Shown: positions 6,329 to 9,477 of the stretch, in pieces
How positions within the stretch are numbered: the stretch's first letter is position 1
How the letters are laid out: each line of letters starts with the position of its first letter
Assembly: GCA_964589775.1 (NCBI GenBank)
Contig: CAZPUN010000041.1
Coordinates: 1 to 9,477, forward strand
Source: an uncultured archaeon
Lineage (GTDB): Archaea; Asgardarchaeota; Thorarchaeia; Thorarchaeales; CAZPUN01
Direction of reading: 5' to 3'
DNA length: 9,477 nt
Program-made: the position numbers and the translations under genes
Notes under the pieces: model-generated
The model's database searches: none
Told to the model about the DNA's origin: nothing
What the model saw: only the letters and a program-made list of their open reading frames with translations

Positions 6329-7081
6329 TTGGGAAAGATAATTACAATTCATTCGTTTCGTGGTGGAACTGGTAAATCAAACCTATCTGCAAATCTCGCT
6401 GTATGGACTGCACAACAGGGGAATCGCGTAGCCGTTATAGATACTGATGTTCAATCACCGGGTATCCATGTAATTTTCGGACTCGGACGCGAAAAAATCA
6501 GTCATACTCTAAATGATTTCCTTCGAGGTAATTGTACAATTTCTGATACTTCTGTTGATTTGACAAAGAAGCTTGGGCTCAGGCGTGGCTCTCTTTATGT
6601 AATTCCTGCTAGCTTGAATGCTAAAGAGATTACCCGTATTCTTCGTGAAGGATATGAAGTTGCAGATCTACGTAAAGGCTTTATTGATATCGTTCGCGAA
6701 AAGAAACTTGATTATCTATTCATAGACACGCATCCCGGTGTAGATCGTGAAACTTTGCTTTCAATGGCTACTACAGACTATCTATTCATTGTAATGCGAG
6801 TTGATGAACAAGACTTTTTGGGAACCGCAATAACTATTGAGATATCTAAGAAACTATCAGTTCCGCATGTTTCGCTAATTGTGAATATGGTTCCGGGCAT
6901 TTATGACTTTGAGAATGTACGTTATGAAATTGAAAGGCAGTTCGGTATCAAAGTTGCTACAATTATTCCATTATATAAACAAATGTTCGAACTTGGTAGC
7001 AGGCACCTTATGACATTAAAATATCCGAATCATGAATTCACAAAGCGTATAAATGAAATATACAAATATATTGCGCGATAG
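6329..7081 (+). CDS. MinD/ParA-family (SIMIBI) P-loop ATPase, HSFRGGTGKS variant, no membrane-targeting helix
   Basis: Deviant Walker A SFRGGTGKS, switch I VIDTD..SPG, Walker B LFIDTHPG, IVNMV. TTG start with SD GGAGG overlapping the upstream TAG stop (11-nt gap). Confidence 0.93.
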   Translation: MGKIITIHSFRGGTGKSNLSANLAVWTAQQGNRVAVIDTDVQSPGIHVIFGLGREKISHTLNDFLRGNCTISDTSVDLTKKLGLRRGSLYVIPASLNAKEITRILREGYEVADLRKGFIDIVREKKLDYLFIDTHPGVDRETLLSMATTDYLFIVMRVDEQDFLGTAITIEISKKLSVPHVSLIVNMVPGIYDFENVRYEIERQFGIKVATIIPLYKQMFELGSRHLMTLKYPNHEFTKRINEIYKYIAR

Positions 7082-7141
7082 TATCTCAAATATCAAAAAA
7101 CTAATATTAACCCCCATATTTTATTTTTTAGAGCCTACGAG

Positions 7142-7765
7142 ATGATAGAAATGTCTGAAGTATTTGAAAAGCCAAAAATTGTCATGGTTTCGACGCTGGA
7201 TCTTAAATTTCCGGAAATTTGTCCTGTGTGTGGTCAGCCTGCAGAAGTGCCTAACAATATGATTATAGCTGATTCTTCTGAAAAAGGGGCTGTGGCTGCT
7301 TCAACTCCTACTACGTATGATGCATTTAACATGCCTATCTATTCTTCAAAAGGTCCTGCAAGTAGAATGTCTACAAAACTTAAAGTATACGTTGTGCCAT
7401 CCTGTCCCGAACATGCAATACGAAAGGATAAGAAAAAATCAAAATTCAAACTTATTTTCGGATTATTGTTGTTTATACTTCCGTTCTTAGGATTAATGAC
7501 ATATTTATCGATATCTAGTATTTTACAAAATGGTGGTAATTTATTGATTCCGATTACAATATTTGTGATCTATCTGATTATTACTGGAATCTTTGGATTC
7601 TTTGCATATCAAAAGTCTCTACTTGAAAAATATTTTAACATTATTAAAGTCGATAGTTCCATAAAAGTTGTATTTGTCAAAATTAAAAATAAGAAATATT
7701 ACGATGAGTTTCTTAGATTAAACTATCCTGATGCAAAGGAGTATGTACCTAATAAATCTGAATAA
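7142..7765 (+). CDS. Hypothetical membrane protein with a split Zn-binding motif (CPVC...CPEH) and two TM helices
   Basis: FPEICPVCG and VVPSCPEH, then a Lys-rich stretch, two hydrophobic segments (LIFGLLLFILPFLGLMTYL; LLIPITIFVIYLIITGIFGFFAY) and a soluble C-terminus. Confidence 0.8.
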   Translation: MIEMSEVFEKPKIVMVSTLDLKFPEICPVCGQPAEVPNNMIIADSSEKGAVAASTPTTYDAFNMPIYSSKGPASRMSTKLKVYVVPSCPEHAIRKDKKKSKFKLIFGLLLFILPFLGLMTYLSISSILQNGGNLLIPITIFVIYLIITGIFGFFAYQKSLLEKYFNIIKVDSSIKVVFVKIKNKKYYDEFLRLNYPDAKEYVPNKSE

Positions 7766-7820
7766 ATCTATTTTTCTCTTTTTATTTATTTGCATTTGAT
7801 TTACACAAAAAAATAAAGGG

Positions 7821-9023
7821 TCATGTTATTCCTGAAACCTTTTTTCTGATAAACCATGGGACCATTTTTAGACCTTCTACAAGCCCATATGCGATAACGT
7901 TTCCATATGTTAGTTCTCCTGTCGCAAGACCTTCCATGATCTTTATACCAAGTCTGTTATTATCAAATTTATCAATTATTGAACCAAACATTGCATTTCC
8001 TTTTGCACCCATTTTTTCTGCGAACTTAAAATCTGCTTTAAAATCTCGATGTATTATTTTCTGATATTGCATCATGAATTCTTCCGAAAAGTCATTTGCA
8101 TCTAATGCTCTATATATTACTTGTGCTGCACGTATTCCCATATGCATTGCATAATATATACCTTCTCCCATCAATGGGTCTACATAGCCTGCTGCATCCC
8201 CTAGCAGAACTCCACGCTCAAATGCGATCTGGGTTTCCCATTTTGCGCCACCTAACATCCATGATTTGGGTTTTGTTTCCGGAAGCGTAATAGCATGTGC
8301 TTTTTCAAGATATTTTACAAATCTATTAAACACAGCCTTAATGTTTTTTAGTTGTGCCGCTAATCCTGCTACACCGATTCCTAAATGTTTCCTTTTTGGA
8401 AAGACCCATCCATAAGCTATGCTGATGCCAACATTATGTATTTGCAAGATCTCAGGATCTGAAAAAGCTTCAACTCCATCTTCACCAATCTCAAATTCAG
8501 CTTCCATACCTATTCCGATTCTATCAAAATTCTTTTTGTTTGTTCCCCAGAATGTTGGTGCAGAAATTCCTGTCATTCCATCAGCGCCTACAATTACTTT
8601 TCCCTCAATAGATTCACCATTTGCTAAATGCACTACAGCTTTATCTGGCTTGATTTCAATGCGTTTTGCTCGGGCTTGGTCTCGGATTTCGGCTCCTGAA
8701 TCATGAGCTAAGTCTACAAGAAATGCATCAAACTTACTTCTCATAACAGTTATGCCTATTCGCTTATTTGATTTAAATGTGGCATGATGTCCTTTTCCAA
8801 GATAAAATGATAGACCTTTGAATTCGCGTTCGATTATTTCGTCCGGAATCTTCTTGTTAATTATTCGTAGTGCTTTTTCAGTAACTCCACCACCACATAC
8901 TTTTTCTCGTGGAATTTTCTTTTTCTCTAATAGAATTGTATCAATTCCGAATTTTGCAAGAAAGCGTGCTGCAGTTGCTCCAGATGGTCCTCCTCCGATT
9001 ACAATGGCGTCATACATATTCAT
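7821..9023 (-). CDS. Geranylgeranyl reductase family FAD-dependent oxidoreductase (DGGR-like)
   Basis: YDAIVIGGGPSG Rossmann motif, PREKVCGGG, IVGADG, YGWVFPK, GDAAGYVDPLMGEGIYYAM. Start is 9023 or 9017. Confidence 0.92.
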   Translation of the reverse strand: MNMYDAIVIGGGPSGATAARFLAKFGIDTILLEKKKIPREKVCGGGVTEKALRIINKKIPDEIIEREFKGLSFYLGKGHHATFKSNKRIGITVMRSKFDAFLVDLAHDSGAEIRDQARAKRIEIKPDKAVVHLANGESIEGKVIVGADGMTGISAPTFWGTNKKNFDRIGIGMEAEFEIGEDGVEAFSDPEILQIHNVGISIAYGWVFPKRKHLGIGVAGLAAQLKNIKAVFNRFVKYLEKAHAITLPETKPKSWMLGGAKWETQIAFERGVLLGDAAGYVDPLMGEGIYYAMHMGIRAAQVIYRALDANDFSEEFMMQYQKIIHRDFKADFKFAEKMGAKGNAMFGSIIDKFDNNRLGIKIMEGLATGELTYGNVIAYGLVEGLKMVPWFIRKKVSGIT

Positions 9024-9114
9024 CCCTCACTTACGTTATTGCCAAAAATATACGAAAAACGATGTATTAAATTTTTATATACTGGAAAATAAAAAAGGAG
9101 AGAAATTAATTTAA

Positions 9115-9477
9115 TTAAATGTTTTCGATAAATGTACTTATTATTGCAAGTAGAATGCCTACGCTTACCATAGTGAACGCCATTCGCCAAGGACTAACTT
9201 CTGAAATCCTTGCAAGAAAGACGCCTATTAAGAAGAGCATAAATAGTGATATTAGTAGGGACATTATTACCATAATTAGTGAATCAATCGGGATAAAGAA
9301 CCCTAATATGAATGGTGACATGCCTATAAGTCCTGCAGTTAATGGGCTAATGCTGTCTACAAGTGAGTTCAGAATCGTTGCAATTCTGTTCGCGCGTTCT
9401 TGAAGTGTGTTGTTGTTCATTCCTTCTTTGAGCAATAGTGCTTTTCGCATTTCGGACATTTTGCGGCGGCGTTCAGC
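9115..9477 (-). CDS. Partial (5'-truncated) VIT1/CCC1 family membrane protein (putative Fe/Mn transporter-like)
   Basis: Frame is open to the window edge (AERRRKMSEMRKALLL...). VDSISPLTAGLIGMSPF and LFLIGVFLARISEVSPW are typical of archaeal VIT1/CCC1-like C-termini, with three TM segments. Confidence 0.8.
   Translation of the reverse strand, partial: AERRRKMSEMRKALLLKEGMNNNTLQERANRIATILNSLVDSISPLTAGLIGMSPFILGFFIPIDSLIMVIMSLLISLFMLFLIGVFLARISEVSPWRMAFTMVSVGILLAIISTFIENI

Noticed and set aside
6329-7081. Calling the ATPase a bona fide cell-division minD or partition parA
   Set aside because: There is no membrane-targeting helix, no minC/minE/parB nearby, and the Walker A is atypical, so the gene symbol was withheld.
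7751-7769. Tandem AATAAATCT repeat across the stop codon
   Set aside because: Only two low-complexity copies, with no functional evidence.
8096-9403. Plus-strand ORFs 8096-8290, 8419-8706, 8818-9114 and 9119-9403
   Set aside because: They are antisense shadows of the GGR and VIT1 genes.

Overview
AT-rich archaeal chromosomal DNA (about one-third GC by eye), most likely from an Asgard archaeon. This rests on a Sec11-type signal peptidase, a geranylgeranyl-reductase-family gene, BRE/TATA-like promoters, oligo-T terminators and a longin/roadblock protein. Gene order: partial zincin-like ORF (+), 39-aa small ORF (+), COG3294-like HD hydrolase (-), isochorismatase-fold protein with altered catalytic residues and a His-rich tail (+), M50 site-2 protease (+), signal peptidase I (-), 4-Cys hypothetical (-), a ~310-bp divergent regulatory region with an operator-like palindrome, a multidomain protein tightly coupled to a MinD/ParA-family ATPase (+), a Zn-ribbon 2-TM protein (+), GGR-family flavoprotein (-), partial VIT1/CCC1 protein (-). 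The best candidate for a new system is 5025-7081. It pairs a longin + roadblock + tandem winged-helix protein, whose C-terminus resembles eukaryotic GATOR1 subunit NPRL2, with a SIMIBI ATPase that has an Arg-substituted deviant Walker A and no membrane-targeting helix, instead of the usual small GTPase. All family assignments come from motif recognition by eye; no searches were run. No rRNA, tRNA, CRISPR array or mobile element was seen.
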